DNA of 64,000 nt from Candidatus Bathyarchaeia archaeon (GTDB taxonomy: Archaea; Thermoproteota; Bathyarchaeia; Bathyarchaeales; Bathycorpusculaceae): positions 45,241 through 109,240 of the forward strand of contig JBEKTQ010000008.1 in NCBI GenBank assembly GCA_049515895.1, read 5' to 3'. The notes beneath the pieces are model-generated. The model was not told the origin of the DNA. It was given only the letters and a program-made list of their open reading frames with translations, and ran no database searches. The position numbers and the translations under genes were made by a program. The stretch's first letter is position 1; the number at the start of each line of letters is the position of its first letter. Shown piece after piece: positions 60,496 to 64,000 of the stretch.

Positions 60496-63207
60496 TTATG
60501 GTCGTTTTCTGCTGAGCATCAGCATGATTGCCGCGCCGATTATGACTATCACGATGATTATCGCGATTCCTATGTACATGACCGTGGTGTTTGAGGCTAA
60601 GCCGGTGAGCGGTGTTGCGGTCGGCGCAGGTGTCGCTCCTGCGGCGCTGGCGTAGAATCCTGTTGAAGCAGTGGATCCATAGTATGATTGTGTGCCTGCG
60701 AAAGTTGCGTATACGGTGTAGTTGCCTGTTATGTCGGGTTTCCATGTAAATGAGTAGTCGCCTAAACCGTTCGTGGTTGTCGAGCCGATTGTTCGGTAGT
60801 TGCCGTTAGAATCTATAACCGAGAATGTCACCGGAACACCAGTAACATTGTGTGGCATTGGCTGCTGCATGTAAACGCCTTCCATGAACGCTGTCATGCT
60901 TGCGTCGGATACGCATGGTAAGCCGTTGGGGAAGTTTGCTGCGACTGCTTCTTGCTGTGAACCAGCGGAGATATCCATCACTGACCCTGTTACGGTTATC
61001 GGTGTAGAAGTTGTGGCGCCAACATCTGGTGCAGTAACGGTAGTTTTGCTAGGTCCCATGCCAAAGCCGTATATCAGGTTGTCATAGTCGTTTATCGTTG
61101 TCATTACACCGTCTGAAATTGCTGGGGCACTCGTAATGTCGAAACCCAATATACTCCATGCCAGTTTCCCATTGGTACAGTTTACGGCAAGTTCACTAGC
61201 TCCACGGAATAACGGCGGACTGTACATGTGACCCTCTGGAACGAATAGTTCTCCACCAGCAACAGACCCGCAGGTGAAGGTCCACAGTGGCCACACACCA
61301 TAAGGAGTGTCAGACCCAGCAGGACCAGATAGGGTGTTAGTATTTGTCTGCCACTCGATGGCTCCTGTTGCCATGTTAATGGCCCATATGTCTCCTCCGA
61401 AGCCCCACAAGTAAAGTACTCCATTGGCAAGAACAGCTTGATAGCCTCCGATGCTGTCATAAGGATTAGCATTGCCAAGATTTGTTGTCCATATGCTCGT
61501 CCCTGTAGTCAAACTGTAACCAACAATTGTAGACGTCTCCTGGTTAAGTACAGTGTAGACTCCATCTCCAACTGCCGCAATATCTATCCTTGAGAATGAG
61601 GTTTCTGTTCTATTAGTTATCCATAGCTGCGCTCCAGTATTTGCATTGTAGCCTGCTTCAATTTCGAAGCCTGATTGGAAGTACGATTCTCCTGTGTAAC
61701 CTGCATCAACCATCAGTATAACGCCGCTATTGATTGAGGAAATCGCTAGAGTTCCAGGTAGTGTAGTCGAAGTCGATGGTAGAGGAACACCATTAAGAGT
61801 TGTAGGTAGTGGCTTTGTCCACATTATTCCAGCCGAGAATTGAATAGTGGATCCCATCACAGGCCTCCAAGACCAATTTTGGTAACCTGGAGCTTGACCA
61901 TTAGGGTACAGAATTGCTTGCGTCGAATTCCACATATTTAATGTTGGTGCATTTGGAGTAGTAGCGTTGACATAGTAGCCTATCAAGTCTCCACTTTGAT
62001 CTTCAACAATCGTCATTGGTGCAAGTCCGGATGCGCCAGGTGCGTTGACGATGGTCAGTATGGGTTCTCCAGTCATAGCATCTAGCATTCCATACGTAGT
62101 TCCGGTGTTCGGGGGTATTGCTGGCTCTTGAACCCAAAGGTATGCTAAGCTTCCATACTGATTGGGTGACACATAATCGTATATTTGACCGCACCTAAGT
62201 GTCGTAGTATAAGGTACTGCGCCTGAAGATGTTACGCCTCCTCCGGTCTCGAGCAAACCCTGTTGTAGAAGCGGCACTGTATAGTTAAGATTAGCATCAG
62301 TCCACAATGTTTGTCCAGTCTGTAAGTTCACGGCGGTAATACCTGCTGGATCTTGATTAGAGTTCGGGTACTCGGTGTAGTAGAGGATACCACTTATAAT
62401 TACTGGTGCAAATTTGGGTTCATACTGCGAGGTCGAGTAGAAATTGCTCGTTTCAGATCCGCCGAATTCTCCTCCAACTAGGCCTCCGAACGCCTCAGGC
62501 TTTGTCCATAGGATGTGAGCAGTCGTTGGCGCTGTAGTGTACGGATTATAGTTTCCAGTGATATTGTACTCTCCGGTGTTGGCAAATGTCGATGTACCGA
62601 AACCAAGCCAATTCCCACTAATACTATACCATAAGCCGTTTACTGATTCTATTGGGCGACTCCAGTAGCTTGTCGGAAGTGGAGTTTGGGGTATCGATGG
62701 TACTGGAGTTTGTTGCACTGCAAGCGTATATGTTGGGCTAGTGCTCGGTTCATAATAATCACCGATGAATGTCTTTGTTGCGGCAGTTGCTGTGGAGATA
62801 AGATTCGTTCCTGCTAATGTTTGCCCCGGAAAGGTCATCTGGAAAGTGTAGTTGCCGACTTGACTAGGTGTATAATCTGTATGTGTCCCTCCAGTATCGT
62901 CGGCTGTAAAGGTTCCTAGTTTTGTAGTGGTTCCATCAGGCAACTTGACTGTTACCGCCATACCGGTCCATCGATCGCCATAAACGCCGCTGGCGGTTGG
63001 TGTCGGCATGCCGAGCCAGAAGCCAACGTTAACTGTTTGGCCAACACCAGCGGGGTTAGGATTTACTTCAAGGTAAGCGTATGTTGGAATATTCCATGCA
63101 GGCGAATGCGCGTTTACGTTTGGTATTAGTACCATTGAAGCTGTCATTGAAAATATAAAGAATATACAAATCGTTATCGCTGCAATTTTGTTTTTCAGCA
63201 TTTTCAT
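60496..63207 (-). CDS. Large secreted PQQ-like beta-propeller protein with Ig-like flanks and C-terminal TM
   Basis: Signal peptide, PNP.GVGQ, repeated ..TG..LW motifs, GNYTVYATFAG, TM plus RKRP. Confidence 0.82.
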   Translation of the reverse strand: MKMLKNKIAAITICIFFIFSMTASMVLIPNVNAHSPAWNIPTYAYLEVNPNPAGVGQTVNVGFWLGMPTPTASGVYGDRWTGMAVTVKLPDGTTTKLGTFTADDTGGTHTDYTPSQVGNYTFQMTFPGQTLAGTNLISTATAATKTFIGDYYEPSTSPTYTLAVQQTPVPSIPQTPLPTSYWSRPIESVNGLWYSISGNWLGFGTSTFANTGEYNITGNYNPYTTAPTTAHILWTKPEAFGGLVGGEFGGSETSNFYSTSQYEPKFAPVIISGILYYTEYPNSNQDPAGITAVNLQTGQTLWTDANLNYTVPLLQQGLLETGGGVTSSGAVPYTTTLRCGQIYDYVSPNQYGSLAYLWVQEPAIPPNTGTTYGMLDAMTGEPILTIVNAPGASGLAPMTIVEDQSGDLIGYYVNATTPNAPTLNMWNSTQAILYPNGQAPGYQNWSWRPVMGSTIQFSAGIMWTKPLPTTLNGVPLPSTSTTLPGTLAISSINSGVILMVDAGYTGESYFQSGFEIEAGYNANTGAQLWITNRTETSFSRIDIAAVGDGVYTVLNQETSTIVGYSLTTGTSIWTTNLGNANPYDSIGGYQAVLANGVLYLWGFGGDIWAINMATGAIEWQTNTNTLSGPAGSDTPYGVWPLWTFTCGSVAGGELFVPEGHMYSPPLFRGASELAVNCTNGKLAWSILGFDITSAPAISDGVMTTINDYDNLIYGFGMGPSKTTVTAPDVGATTSTPITVTGSVMDISAGSQQEAVAANFPNGLPCVSDASMTAFMEGVYMQQPMPHNVTGVPVTFSVIDSNGNYRTIGSTTTNGLGDYSFTWKPDITGNYTVYATFAGTQSYYGSTASTGFYASAAGATPAPTATPLTGLASNTTVMYIGIAIIIVIVIIGAAIMLMLSRKRP

Positions 63208-63323
63208 TTTTCTCCTTATTTTTTTGTTGGGAAGAAGTAGCTTCGATAAATATTGTTGTTGCAAGAATAAGCAAATTAGCAGTTGGGATACTTCTTCCTA
63301 ACTATTCAATTTATGTCTTTTCA

Positions 63324-63357
63324 ATCTAAAAAGGTTTGTGATCTAAAAAGGTTTGTG
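63324..63357. repeat. Perfect 17-bp tandem duplication ATCTAAAAAGGTTTGTG x2
   Basis: 63324-63340 and 63341-63357. Confidence 0.9.
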
Positions 63358-63757
63358 AAGGTTTTGACCAGCGGACTGCAGACTAGCGTTTGGATACGTA
63401 GTTTAAGTAATCCACTATCTCTATTCTCAGCCCTTTTTTCCTTTTGCAACAAGCAAAAGGGATATTGCCTGATTTTCCTGTAGCCGTTTTTTGTCTGTGT
63501 GTGCTCCTGCTCGCCTGCATGCTCGCTTGCCTAGATGCATGCTTGCTTGCTCCTAGAGAGTGAGAGGGTAGGTAGGAGTAAGTGATTGAGTGACAGAGAA
63601 ATTGAGTGATCGAGTGGGAGTGAGTGATGCTCAGAGTCAGTGATGCAACAAGTGGGTGTAGCAGTAGGTTCGAGAGAGAGAGGATTAAATTTTAATACAC
63701 ACACACAAAAACATAAAATCGCCTTATGTCTATAGAGTCAGGATGTGGTGAGAAAGC

Positions 63758-63985
63758 ATGAAACTCCATTGTATGAAATGCGGCCATCTGTTGCCAAAAG
63801 ATGAGGGCGCAAAATCCTTGCTGCCGTTTGCCGTTTACCGCTGTCGGAAATGCGGGGATGGCATGCTTTTTGATATGACTACAAAAGAAGCTTATCTGAT
63901 TCCTAAAAGCCTAGGACTGTTTGAGATGACACTTGAAAAAGTCAAAAAGACAATCAACCAAATTCCGTATGATGAAGATTACTAA
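63758..63985 (+). CDS. Small Zn-ribbon protein
   Basis: CMKC...CRKC; GGTG SD upstream. Confidence 0.65.
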   Translation: MKLHCMKCGHLLPKDEGAKSLLPFAVYRCRKCGDGMLFDMTTKEAYLIPKSLGLFEMTLEKVKKTINQIPYDEDY

Positions 63986-64000
63986 ACTTCCTGCAAGCGT

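Overview
Archaeal chromosomal window. The gene content (ACDS alpha/epsilon, SepRS/SepCysS, large PQQ-like propeller surface proteins, Zn-ribbon tyrosine integrase) looks Bathyarchaeia-like, which is an inference. The core region (1-31.8 kb) holds dinB plus a radical SAM gene, a DtxR/NRAMP pair with operator palindromes, uppP, pncB, a catalytically degenerate thiolase plus a DUF35-HMG-CoA synthase fusion, SSB, uvrBAC, tRNA-Lys, trpEGDCBA, valS and tRNA-Cys. A ~19.9 kb element (31.9-51.8 kb) is integrated in the 3' end of a second tRNA-Cys. It carries metal/redox cargo (arsC, ferredoxin, ABC-2, copA, CDF-NifX, stand-alone cdhAB, OsmC) and a tyrosine integrase. Beyond it lie cysS, pscS, sepS, a GH-A glycosidase, two GGR-like flavoproteins and a large propeller protein. 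Main observations: (1) the trpE frame has no usable start codon, and a Trp-codon uORF feeds into it in the +1 frame at ATT-TGG-C, a candidate Trp-sensing frameshift; (2) three promoters share an identical double GTTTA-N5-TAAAC box architecture, linking a Cys-tailed Lrp regulator, a CxxxCxxC micropeptide, NifX/CDF, CODH and OsmC; (3) two divergent tRNA-Cys genes cluster with both the direct and indirect Cys-tRNA pathways.
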